Assembly: GCA_044345955.1 (NCBI GenBank)
Contig: JBIJAD010000001.1
Location: forward strand, 1-55,154
Direction: 5' to 3'
Length of the DNA: 55,154 nucleotides
Source: Lysobacteraceae bacterium
GTDB taxonomy: Bacteria > Pseudomonadota > Gammaproteobacteria > Xanthomonadales > Xanthomonadaceae
Shown: positions 18,201-28,700 of the stretch, piece after piece
Position numbering within the stretch: position 1 is the first letter of the stretch
Layout of the letters: the number at the start of each line of letters is the position of its first letter
Notes under the pieces: model-generated
What the model saw: only the letters and a program-made list of their open reading frames with translations
What the model was told of the DNA's origin: nothing
Databases searched by the model: none
Translations under genes and position numbers: made by a program

Positions 18201-19715
18201 GGGGTCGCGGACGATGCCCTCCAGCAGCAGGACGAAGCTCGCGGCCATCGCTTCGATGGTGGCGGCATCGAACAGACTGGTGGCGTAGTTCCAGCCGATC
18301 GCGAACTCGCCGCCCAGCTCGCCCACGGAGACTTCCAGGTCGAAGCGGTTGACCACGCCGTCCAGCGCCAGCCCCTCGACACGCAGGCCCGGCAACTGCA
18401 GCACGCCGTAGTCGTTGTTCTGCAGCACGAACGCGATCTGGAACAGCGGCGAATGGCTGAGACTGCGCTCCGGCCGCAGACGCTCGACCAGCATCTCGAA
18501 CGGAATGTCCTGATGCGCGAAAGCGTCCAGCGCAGTGGTGCGGGCGCGCACCAGCAGCTCGCGGAAACTCAGGCCCTCTTCCAGTTCGGTCCTGAGCACC
18601 AGCGTGTTGACGAAGAAACCGACCATCGGCTCCAGCTCGGCCTGCAGACGGCCGGCGGTCGGCGTGCCGACGACGACCGTGCGCTCGTTGCTCCAGCGCC
18701 CGATCAGCAGACTGAAGGCGGCCTGCAGCGCCATGAACAGAGTGGCGTTGTGCGCGCGCGCCAAGGCTTCCAATCGGCCCAGCATCGCCGCGTCCAGCGT
18801 GTGCAGATGCAGGCCACCGTCGAACTGCTGTTGCGCCGGGCGCGGGCGGTCGGTGCGCAGGTTGTGCACGGCCGGGAGATCGGCCAGTTGCCTGCGCCAA
18901 TAATCCAGTTGCTGCTCCAGTCGCTGCGCATAGGCCGGCGAGGCCTGCCACTGTGCGTAGTCGACGTACTGCACCGCCAGCTCCGGCAGGGACGCGGCCC
19001 GCCCGTGCTCGGCGTCCTGGTGCAGCATGTCTTGATACAGCGCGACCAGTTCGCGGGTCAGAACGCCCTTGGACCAGCCGTCGCAGGCGATGTGGTGCAG
19101 GGTGATCACCAGCACCGAGCGTTCTTCCTCGACCCGGATCAGGCAGGCGCGCAGCATCGGGTCGCGGGCCAGATCGAAAGGCGCACCGGCCGCCTCACTG
19201 CACCGTTCGTGCAGTGCGCGCTCGCGGGCGTCCCCGGGCACGTCGCGCAGGTCGATCCGCTGCAGATCGAAAGGCGCAGGCGGATGCACGATCTGCACCG
19301 GCTGGCCGCCGTCGTCGGCATAGGTGGTGCGCAGGACCTGATGGCGGCGGACGATCTCGCCCAGCGCCCGGCTCAGTGCATCCGCATCGACCCGGCCGCT
19401 CAGTTGCAGCGCGGTGGGCATGTTGTACTGCGTGCTGCCGCCCTCGAGCTGATCGATGAACCACAGCCGGCGCTGCGGGAACGACAGCGGATAACGCGCG
19501 TCCGCGCGGCGCTGCACCGGAATCGTCTGCGCGCTCGCCGGCGGCGCCGCGGGCGTCCGCGCGAGGTGATCGATCAGCGCCTCCTTGTGCAGCCGGATGC
19601 GCGCGACCACCTCCTCGGGGATGGCACCGGTCGAACGGGTCTTGAGTTTGCCGCCGTCCAGGAACGGGAAGATCCCCAGCGCGTTGAGGTCGTTGACCAG
19701 AGCTTCGACGTGCAT
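12240..19715 (-). CDS. Terminal NRPS: betaHD dock-C-A(Ser-like)-T-C-A(Asx-like)-T-TE, 2491 aa
   Basis: ATG at 19715 (GGAG 5 nt upstream, TGATG overlap); C motifs HHIACDG and HHIASDG; codes DVWHLSLVHK and DIPRVGHVGK; two T motifs GGHSL; TE GWSLG...DT...DHF. Confidence 0.96.
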   Translation of the reverse strand: MHVEALVNDLNALGIFPFLDGGKLKTRSTGAIPEEVVARIRLHKEALIDHLARTPAAPPASAQTIPVQRRADARYPLSFPQRRLWFIDQLEGGSTQYNMPTALQLSGRVDADALSRALGEIVRRHQVLRTTYADDGGQPVQIVHPPAPFDLQRIDLRDVPGDARERALHERCSEAAGAPFDLARDPMLRACLIRVEEERSVLVITLHHIACDGWSKGVLTRELVALYQDMLHQDAEHGRAASLPELAVQYVDYAQWQASPAYAQRLEQQLDYWRRQLADLPAVHNLRTDRPRPAQQQFDGGLHLHTLDAAMLGRLEALARAHNATLFMALQAAFSLLIGRWSNERTVVVGTPTAGRLQAELEPMVGFFVNTLVLRTELEEGLSFRELLVRARTTALDAFAHQDIPFEMLVERLRPERSLSHSPLFQIAFVLQNNDYGVLQLPGLRVEGLALDGVVNRFDLEVSVGELGGEFAIGWNYATSLFDAATIEAMAASFVLLLEGIVRDPDADIHALPLVTEDDRARLARWQCAPETAPGADGAPLQPAFRRLRERNAGHAGLLHTLFEAQAARTPDAIALACEAQRLTYAELNRRANRVAHRLLALGVAPDARVAICVERSVEMVVGLLGVLKAGGAYVPLDPGYPADRLAYMLGDSAPVALLTQDALRGAIAEWLPADSGVPVLALDDDAAAWKGQPDINPDPQALGLTPAHLAYVIYTSGSTGRPKGTMNAHRGVASALLWAQAKFGPTAADRLLQKTSFSFDVSVWEFFLPLHAGATLVMARPGGHQDPDYLCEVVEREAISVIHFVPSMLQLFLEQAQAARCATLRYVLLSGEALPLALQHRLHAFLPQVGVHNLYGPTEAAVHVTHWHCTSADRDVPIGHPIADCRMYVLDARRQPVPVGVPGELYIGGDQVARGYLDRPELTAERFLPDPFVADPEARMYRTGDLSRFRRDGAIEYLGRNDFQVKIRGFRIELGEIEAGLHACEGVADAVVLAREDRPGDMRLVAYVVPKDGAEPTPASLREQLARGLAEHMLPALFLFLPALPVSANGKLDRRALPAPDPAALAQRSFEPPLGMLETRVAEVWQELLGVERVGRHDHFFELGGHSLLAMRLVNRVQQVLGLRPGVRSVFAQPTLAGFSALLAGLQRETLEPLVAVDRSRPLPLSHSQQRLWYIHQIENGSTQYHLPTALRLRGPLDIAALQAAFDRILARHEILRTGYGIIDGTPMQRVHPARPLVLGATDLRGADQAALATALRDEALRPFDLEAGPMIRVHLFALAADEHILLCTLHHIASDGWSMGVLTRELAALYRAGRQGEPDPLAPLAVQYGDYAVWQRAPAQLRELDHQLAYWTAALQDLPPLHSLPLDRPRPDAPDYAGGRHRQMLDATLTAAAVDFARENQATLFMCLQAALACVLMRWSNAREIAIGSPVAGRARGELDDSIGLYINTLVFRHRLPEDHGSFRDALARSRALALDAYAHQDAPFEMLVEALRPPRSRSASPLFQILFVLQNNAAAEFALDDVTIEGVAVDAVQTKVDLGLSVREIDGCLELDWTYARSLFDAATIARLAESYALFLRAAIDQPDRDLLQLPLTPADDLARMAQWNLTRRSYPQDRGVHELIAETALRAPEAVAVRDERRAIAYAELLATADAIARRLLAAGIRAGDCVAVCMDPSAELMAALLGVMRAGARYIPLELRNTPARMREILADAQARVVLDVRGLGEALADAHTQRLALDGCFDAGWGAPWRDQCLPAALPPGAGAYVIYTSGSTGTPKGVAVPHRGLTEYCTYALERYYAPHLDGSLVVTSHGFDITVPSLYLPLLAGGCVRLSAQDGILPRVAAELARDDAALLLRMTPNHVRGLCALLPEGFAGQARHVFVIGGERFSPTDARLLQARFPASTVYNHYGPSETVVGCCMHEVGPDPAGETLPIGRAMSNTCLYVLDAAGGQVPIGVPGELHIGGDCVSDGYVNRPELTAERFIANPFGPDWAPRLYRTGDLVRFDAEGRLVFLGRVDEQIKLRGFRIEPGEIETRMRAVDGVRGAVVVAAGEGDRQYLAAYLVPAEDCADDEAQSALVTRVQQALRVALPDYLNPAAYVCLERLPLSANGKLDRRALPPPRPLAIAPPTPPANDSEAALRALWAQVLALEPEQVDTVRGFFEQGGHSLLAIVLMEAVHRRFGVRLPVGSLYTAPTIREQAALLTAGAPVAADPLVVLQAGDGAVPLFLVHPVGGDVQCYRPLVQRLGLDGAVYGLQHEGLAGVAPVELRGVDALAGAYLARIRQVQPHGPYRLAGWSLGGVIALAMARRLEAEGETVAYLGLIDTVLDQDSAAWRELRERVADPHDLSAWLALLQADPDAARRFDAAHGLAGPAQDGGGATLARVREVVVACAVAARQFRFDGSVRHLHYYAAARTAAVVAPGAVAGVLACSRAPTQSRVFDADHFSLMRAPALDALAARMRDDLADPATMLRESDLERGAAVKAAPC

Positions 19716-22700
19716 CACCACTCCATTTCCGTCATCTGCGCCGCTTCGGCGGCCTGCAGGGTCCTTGCGGCCGCGGTCTGCTCGTCGATCCGCGTCGCCA
19801 GGGCGCGCAGGTCCTGCGCCTGGAACACGTGCAGCAGCGGCAGTTGCACCGCGAACTCGCGCTGGATCGCACTGACCAGACGCGTCGCCTTGAGCGAATG
19901 CCCGCCGCGTTCGAAGAAATTGTCGGTCGCGCCGATCTCCGCCGCGTCCAGCAGTTCGCTCCACAGTCGGGCGAGGCGTTGTTCGGTCTCGCCCTCGGGC
20001 GCGACGAAGCGACGCGCGGCGCCCCAGTCCGGCTCGGGCAGGCGGCGACGGTCGATCTTGCCGTTGCCCGACAGCGGCAGCGCGTCCAGCGCCACCACCG
20101 CCGCCGGCACCATGTACTCGGGCAGACGCGCACGCAGGGCGGTCCTCACCGCTTCGGCCAGATCGACACCGGCATCGGCGCGGGCGACGACGTAGGCCAC
20201 CAGCGCCTGATCGGCGCCTGCGCCGCGCGCGACCACCGCCGCTTCGCGCACGAACGGCTGCGCGCGCAGCGCCGCCTCGATCTCGCCCAGTTCCACGCGG
20301 AAACCGCGCAGCTTCAGTTGGTCGTCGGCGCGGCCGAGGAAAAGCAGGCGGCCGTCCTCGAGATAACGGACGCGGTCGCCGGTGCGGTACATGCGCGTGC
20401 CCGGGACGAACGGATTCTGCGGGAAACTGGCCGCCGTCAATTCGGGCTGCCCGAGGTATCCGTCGGCCAGACCTTCGCCGGCGACGTGGAGAATGCCGGG
20501 CACGCCGATCGGGCACGGCTGCAGGCGCTCGTCCAGCACGTACAGCGCGGTATTGGCCATCGGCCGCCCGATCGGCAGGGTGTCGTCCGCCAGTTCGGTG
20601 CGGTCGTCCAGCGCCAGCATCGTGCAGCCGACCACCGCCTCGGACGGACCGTAATGGTTGTAGACACGGGCCTGCGGGAAGCGCTGCCGCAGTCGCTGCG
20701 CCAGCGCCGGCGGGAAGGCCTCGCCACCGATCACGAACACGTGCCGTGCCGGGCACGGCGCATCCGGGAGCAGATCGAGCATCGCCTGCACGTGCATCGG
20801 GGTCGCGCGGACCAGACGGTCGCCGCACGCGGGATCGTCGATCCGGCGCACCAGATCGCCGAGCGGATCGACCGCATCGAGCAGCTCGACCTCGCCGCCG
20901 GCGAGCAGCGGCAGATACAGCGCCGGCTTGGTCAGATCGAAGGCGTAGGAGGTCGCCACCAGCGAGCCCTGCGGCGGCGGCGCGTAGTAGGTGGCCTGCG
21001 CATGCGCCAGATACATCGTCAGCGCGCGATGGCTGACCACCACGCCCTTGGGCCGTCCGGTCGAGCCGGAGGTGTAGATCACATAGGCCGCCGCGCGGGT
21101 ATCGGCCTCGCGATCGAGATTGGTCTCCGGGACCAGCGCCAACGCGTCCGCATCGTCCAGAACCAGGCGCTGCGCGCCGGCCTCGGCCAGCGACGGCGCC
21201 AGCGCGCGCAGGGTCAACACCACCGCGATGCCGGCATCTTCGACCACCTGGCGGATGCGGCTGCGCGGATGCGCCGGATCCAGCGGCACGTAGGCCGCGC
21301 CGGCCTTGAGCGCGCCGAGCATGCCGGCCAGCATGCCGACGCCGTTGGTCACGCACAGACCGACGCGGTCGCCGGCCACGACGCCGTGCGCGCGCAGCGC
21401 ATGCGCGAGTTGGTTGGCACGTCGGTTGAGCGTGGCGTAGTCGAGCACTTCCGCGCCGCAGCGCACCGCGGGCGCGTCCGGGGTGCGCCGCGCCTGCGCC
21501 TCGAAGGCGCGGTGCAGGGCGACATCGTCGAACGGCGCGGCGGTGTCGTTCCAGGTGCGCAACTGACGCTCGCGCTCCTCCTCGCCCAGCAGCGCGTCCA
21601 GCGCCACCGGCGCATCGGGGTCGCCGGCGATGGCCTCGACGATCGCGCGCAGATAACCCTCGATGCGGCGGAAGAACGGCTCCGGAAACAGGTCCGCATC
21701 GACATCGATGCTGACGTCGAACTGCGGACCGTCGGTGCCGATCGCCTTGGAGATCGACAGACTGATCGCGTAGTTCTTCTCCTCCGCGCCCTGCGCGCCG
21801 AGCACTTCCAGGCCCTCGTCGAGGCTCTGGTACACGTGGAAGTTGGTGTAGTTGAACAAGGATGCGGAGAAGTCCAGGCCGCATTCGGACTGGATCTCGG
21901 ACAGCGGCAGGTGACGGATCGCATAGTAGGCCGCGACTTCGCGGTCCACCCGCCGCACCAGTTGCGCCCAATTGTCGTCTTCCAGACGCAGGCGGAACGG
22001 CAGCGAGTTGAGGAACAGGCCGAGGGTCCGGTCGCCGCCTTCCTGCTCGGGCCGACCGTTGGTGACCACCGACGTGACCACATCGCGACCGCCGTCCAGC
22101 AGCGCCATCAGCGCGACGTGCGCGGCCAGCAGCACGCTGCGCTCCTGCACGCCCAGACGCTGCGCCAGCGCGGCCAGGCCCTGACTGGTGGTCGCCGCCA
22201 GACGCTGCATGCCGGTGAGCGTACGCCGCTTGGGCCGGCCCGCCCACCACGGCAGAGCCGCACCGTCGACCTTCTCGCGCCACGCCGCGCGCACCGCGGG
22301 ATCGCGCACCGCGTCCAGTTCCAGGCGGACGTAGTGGGCGAACGGCAGCGGCGGCGCGCCGGCGGGCGCGCTGCGGCCGAGATAGGCGTTGAACAATTGC
22401 GTGTTGAAGTTGGCCACGCTCCAGCCGTCCATGATCGCGTGATGGAAACTGAGCGTGTACTGGAACTCGTCGGCACCGCGGCGATGCACCAGCACGCGCC
22501 ACGGCGGACGCGTCGGGTCGAAGACGAAACGGCGCTCGTCGGCCACCGCCTGCGCGATGGCCTCGGCCCGGGCCGCCGGGTCCAAAGCGGTCAGATCGAT
22601 CTCGACCACCTCCGGCGCGTGGCGGGCCAACACACACTGCAACGGCGTCTGTCCCTCGAGCGAGAACACGGTGCGCAGCAGCTCGTGCTGCGCCGTCAGC

Positions 22701-25700
22701 GCGGCCAGCGCCTTACCGAAACGCGCGGCGTCCCAAGCCAGGCGGACGTGGAAGCTCATCACGTCGTGGTAAGTGGCGTGATCGTGCGAGAGCAGGTTGT
22801 GGAAGACCATGCCCTGCTGCAGCGCGGTCATCGGGTAGGCGTCGGCCAGTTCGCCGGTCGAGATCCCAGATGCCAGCGCAGCGCGCATGGCTTCGTCGAG
22901 CAGCGCGAACGGGGCCAGCGCCGCGACCGCGCCGGAACCGTCGACGCGATCTTCGCAACGCGCGGTCAACTGGGCGATGGTCGGCGCCTCGAACAGATCC
23001 TTGATCCCCAGCACGAAACCGGCGGTCTTCAGCCGCGAGACCAGCGGAATCGCGCGGATCGAATCTCCGCCGACCGCGAAGAAATTGTCGTCGGCGCCGA
23101 TCGCCGGCAGTTCCAGCACGCTGCACCAGACCTCCGCCATGCGCGCCTGCGCCGGCGTGAGCGGGCGCGCCTCGGCGTCCGCGACGATCGCCGTTTCGGG
23201 TTTCGGCAAACGGGCGCGGTCGATCTTGCCGTTGATGTTCAGCGGGAAGACCGGAATCACCAGGATCAGCGACGGCACCATGTGTTCGGGCAGGGTCCGC
23301 GCCAGACCTTCGCGCAGGGCCTGCGCCGCGCGACGCGCGTCGCCCGCGTCAGGAGCGGTCTCGTCCAGCACGGCGTAGGCGACCAGACGCCGCTCCGCGC
23401 CCTCGCCCGGCGCCAGCACCAGTGCCTCGCGCACATGCGGCTGGCGATGCAGTTCGGCCTCGATCTCGCCCAGTTCGATGCGGAAGCCACGGATCTTGAC
23501 CTGGTTGTCGATGCGGCCGACGTATTCCAGCTCGCCGTCCTCGTGACGGCGCGCCAGATCGCCGGTGCGATAGAACATACCGGTCAGACCCGGCAACGAC
23601 AGGAACCGTTGCGCGGTCAGCTCGGGGCGATGCAGGTAACCGCGGCTGACGCCGGCGCCGCCGACGTACAACTCGCCGGTCACGCCGATCGGCACCGGAC
23701 GCTGCGCGGGATCGAGCACCAGCAGCGACAGGTCGGCGAGCGGCGGGCCGATCAGACTGCCGCGACCGGCCAGCACGTCGGCGTGCGTGACTTCGCGGAA
23801 GGTGACGTGCACCGTGGTCTCGGTGATGCCGTACATGTTGATCATGCGCGGCCCCTGCGGGTGCCGCTGCATCCACGGCAGCAGGCTGTGATAGTCCAGC
23901 GCGGCGCCGCCGAAGATCACGTAGCGCAGGCGCAACGTCTCGTTCGAGGCCGCGTCGACCTTGCGGAACTGCTCGAACGCACCCGGCGTCTGATTGAGCA
24001 CGGTGACGCCGCGGTCGGCGACCAGTCGATGGAAGCGCTCGGGCGAACGCGCGACCTCCTTGGGCACGATCACCAGGGTGCCGCCGTACAGCAGCGCGCC
24101 CCACATCTCCCATACCGAGAAATCGAACGCGTAGGAGTGGAACAGGGTCCAGACGTCCTGCGCATCGAAGCCGAAGTGGCGTTCGCTGACGGTCATCAGG
24201 CGGCTGACGTGGCGGTGCTCGACCACCACGCCCTTGGGCTTGCCGGTGGAGCCGGAGGTGTAGATCACGTAGGCCGCGTGCTCGGGCCGGACCGCGACCG
24301 CGTCGTGGTCGGGATCGGTGTCGGGCGCGGCGTCCAGCGCGGGATCGTCGAGCAGCACCTGCACGGCGTTCTGCGGCAACAGCTCCGCGGTCGCCCGCTC
24401 GCCGACCACCGCGGCCACCCCGCTGTCCTCGACCAGATAGGCCAGACGCGCGGCCGGCGTCGACGGATCGAAGGGCACGTAGGCGGCGCCGGCCTTGAGG
24501 ATGCCGAGCACGCCGACCAGCATCGGGATGCCGCGCTCCACGCACAGCCCGACCAGACTTTCCGGGCCGACGCCGCGCGCGCGCAGCACGTGCGCGAGAC
24601 GGTTGGCGCGGGCGTTGAGTCCGGCGTAACTGAGGCTGTCCTCGTCGCAGCGCAGGGCGATCGCATCCGGCGTCGCCGCGACCTGCCGCTCGAACCAGTG
24701 ATGCAGACACTGGGTCGGCGCAGACGCTTCGGCGACGTGCCAGGCGGCGAGTTGCGACTGTTCCGCCGCGGTCAGCAATTCGAGCGCGGCCGGATCGTCC
24801 TGCGCGGGCAGTTGCCGCAGCAGGCAGAGCAGATGGCCGAGCAGGCGTTCGACCACGGTTTCGGCGACGACATCGGTGCGGAAGCTGCAGCGGAAATGCA
24901 GTCGGTCGGACAGATTGGCGTTGACGGTCAGCGTGTAATGGGTCTCTTCGAACGCGTCCACGGCGGAAAGACGCAGGCCTTCGGCGGTGTCCGCGCCGAT
25001 CGCCTGGTCGAGCGGATAGTTCTCCAGCACCATCAGCGTGTCGAACAGGCCAACGCCGGCCGGCATGCCGCTCTGGCGCGCGATCTCCGGCAGCGGCAGA
25101 TGGCCCGCCTCGGTGGAGTCCTGGAAGTCGCGATGGATCCGGGCCAGCGCAGTGGGGATGTCCTGCTTCGGATCGATCCGCACCCGCACCGGCAAGGTGT
25201 TGATGAACAGGCCGACCATGCCTTCCACGCCGGGCAGTTCCGGCGGGCGGCCCGACGCGATCGCGCCGAACACGACGCTGTCTTCGCCGCTGTATTTGTG
25301 CAGCAGCCAGGCCCAGGCGAACTGCAGCACGGTGTACAGCGTGGTCCGCGAGCGCCGCGCCAGCGCCAGCAGGCGCGCGGTCGCGTCGGGGTCGAGCGTG
25401 CATTCGGCGAAGCGGTGGCGTCCCTCGCGAGCGGCGGGCAGCTTGTCCACCGACAGCGGCGTGGGCGCCTCGACATCGCCCAGACGCGCGTTCCAGTAGG
25501 CGCGCGCGGCGTTCGCGTCGCGGCTCTCCAGCCAGGCGACGTAGTCCTCGTAGGGATGCGGCGCCGGCAGCGCCGGCAACGCCGCACCGGCGAGCGCGGC
25601 CTGATAGTGGCCCATGACCTCCTGGTAGACCCGCGGCAGCGACCAGCCATCGAGCAGGGCGTGGTGATGGCTCCACAGCAGGCGATGACGGTCGTCGGCC

Positions 25701-28700
25701 AGGCGGAACAGCGCGAGGTGCATCAACGGCGGCCGGCGCAGATCGAAACCTTCGCGGCGCAGCGCCTGCTGGCGCCGGGTGTAGGCGGCCTCGCGCCCGG
25801 CCTCCGGCAGCGCGCGCAGATCGATCTCCTCCCACGGCAGGGTCGCGGTGCGCACCACCAACTGGTGCGGGCGGGTGCCGGCGTCGACGATCGCGGTGCG
25901 GAACACGTCGTGGCGATCCACCACCGCCTGCCAGGCCTGGTGCAGCCGTTCGGCGTCCAGCGGCCCTTCCAGGGTGAGCGCGATCTGGCTGGTGTAGGCC
26001 TGACCGTCCATCAGGGTGTGGAACAGCAGGCCGCGCTGCATCGCCGTGGCCGGGTACAGGCGGGCGATGTCGTATTCGGCCTGCAACGCGTCCAGTTCCG
26101 CCAGGTCCACGTCCGCCAGCGGCAGATCGGCGCCGCTCAGACGCGGCGCGGCCTGCAGGCAGTGCGCCAGCACCGCGCGCAGCGCGCGGTCGAAGGCCTC
26201 GACCAGACGACCCACGGTGGCCGCATCGTAGGCGTCGGCGCTGTAGTCGATCGCCACACGCAGGCGACGGCCGCTGACGAGCGCATTGAAACCGAGCGCG
26301 AACTCGCGGCGCTGACGTTCCGATACGGTGCGGCCCACGCCTTCGGCGGCGAGCGCGAAGGCGCTCTGGCCCGACACCGCCACATCGAACTGGCCGAGAT
26401 AGTTGAACAGGACCTGCGGCATGGTCTCGGATGCGGTCAGCGCCGGGTGGGCGACCGCATGGCGCAGCAGGCCGTAGCCCAGGCCGCCATGGGGCACGCG
26501 GCGGCGGGCGTCCTTGACCGCGCGCAGGGCGCGCCCGGTGTCGCCGTCGCCGAGCGCGACCCGGAAGGGGAACAGGCTGGTGAACCAGCCGATGGTCTGT
26601 CCGGCATCGGGCGCGTCGCCGATGGGCTCGCGACCATGCCCTTCGAGCGCGACCCACAGCGTGTCGCCGCCGCCCAGTGCGCGCAGCGCGAGGCCGAGCG
26701 CGGCCAGCAGCAGTTCGTCGACGCCGTTGCGGTACGGCTGGATGCTCTCGCGCAGCAGTTGCGCGGTCTCGGCCTCGTCCAGTTCGAACTCGCACTGGCG
26801 CGTGCTCGCCTGCAGCGGGGTCTGTGCCGGTTCGCGGTCCGGCGCCAGCGCCGCCGGCAGCGGCTGCGGCTGCGACTGCGCCAACCAGTACGGCAACTCC
26901 GCTTCGAGCTGGGGCGACCGCGCATGCGCGGCAAGCGCCTGCGCCCACTGCTGGAAGCTCGTTCCCGGCGGCGGCAGCGCGATCGGGGCGCCGGCGGCGA
27001 CATTCGCCCAGGCCTGTTCCAGGTCCTGCAGCAGCAGGCGCCAGGACACGCCGTCGACCACCAGATGATGGGCGACGATCAGCAGCCGCGCCTGCGCCTC
27101 GCCGCGCAGCAGCACCAGCCGGATCAGCGGCCCGCGGGCCAGATCGAAGCGACGCTGATGCGCATCGCAGACGCGGGCGAGGAAGGTCTCGAAATCCTCC
27201 GCCGCGGGATCGTGGGTCTCGGTCGCGACCGCTTCGTCCAGCGGAAAATCCTCACGCCCCGGATGATGGGCGCGATGACCGCCGTTCGCATCGTCGCGGA
27301 CGAACACCAGCCGCAGCGCGGCGTGCCGATCGACCAATGCGCCCGCGGTCGCCCGCAACCGGTCCGCCTCCAGCGCCGGCGGCGCCACCAGCAGCACGGC
27401 CTGGTTGAAATGATGCAGGTCTTCGTTCCGGCTTTCGAGGTAGCGGCGCTGGATCGGCAGCAACGGCGATTCGCCGACGACCTCGGCGGCGTCATCGGTC
27501 GACAGCGTCGGCGCGCACTGGGCCGCGAGCGCGGCGATGGTCAGATGTTCGTGGATCTGGCGGGTGGTCATCGCGATCCCGGCCTGGTTGGCGCGCGCCA
27601 CCGCCTGGATGCTGAGGATCGAGTCGCCGCCGATGGCGAAGAAGTTGTCGTGGATGCCCACCCGCGGCAGTTGCAACAGTTCGGCCCACAGCGCGGTCAG
27701 CACGCGTTCGACTTCGGTGCGCGGCGCGTCGTCCTTCTCGACCGCACCGGCAGCATCCAGCGCCAGCAGCGCCGGCTTGTCGATCTTGCCGTTGCGATTG
27801 AGCGGAAAGGCCTCGACCGGCAGCAGCGACGCCGGGACCATGTAATCGGGCAGGCGTTCGCGCAGGCGCGCCAGCAGCGTCGGCGCCAGCGCATCGCGCG
27901 CCTCGGCCGCGACCGTCGCGGCCGGCACCGCATACGCAGCCAGACTCGCGCCGCGTTCGCCGGCGCGTACGGCGACCACCGCCTGCGCCACTTCCGGCTG
28001 CGCCTGCAGCACCGCTTCGATCTCGCCGAGCTCGATCCGCAGCCCGCGCAGCTTGATCTGGTCGTCGATGCGGCCGAGGAACTGTACGCGGCCGTCGGCG
28101 AGCAGGCGCGCGCGGTCGCCCGTGCGGTACAGACGGCTGCGGCGGCCGTCCGGCAGTTCGGCGTCGATGAAGCGCTGCGCGGTCAACGCCGGCTTGCCGA
28201 CGTAACCGCGGGCGAGCGCGACCCCGCCGATCGCGAGCTCGCCGATCGCCCCCGCCGGCAGCGGCCGGCCGCGCACATCGAGGACCCAGACCTGGAGGTT
28301 GCGCAGCGGACGGCCGATGGTGATCGCCTCGCCCGGGCGCAGGCGTTCGACCGTCGCGCAGACGGTGGTTTCCGACGGGCCGTAGGCGTTGTAGAGCGGC
28401 CACGCCGCGGCCCAGACATCGCGCACCACGTCCGGGCAGGCTTCGCCGGCCACCACCAGCGCGCGCAGGGCGTAATCGCGGCGCGGGTCCATGTGCGCCA
28501 CCAGCGCCGGAGGCAAGGTGGCGTGGGTGATGCGTCGTGCGACCAGATACTCGGCCAGATCCTCGGCCGAGGCGCGGATGTCATCGGGACACAGGCACAG
28601 GGTCGCGCCGGCGCCGAGCGCCATGATCCATTCCCAGGTCGCCGCGTCGAAGCCGATCGAGGCGAACTGCAGCACGCGGCTGTCGCGGTCGACGCCGAAC

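Noticed and set aside
23890-23930. Thr A domain has GGAAL instead of GGEAL, suggesting inactivity
   Set aside because: This position varies in active A domains, and A3, A5, A7, A8 and the A10 Lys are intact.
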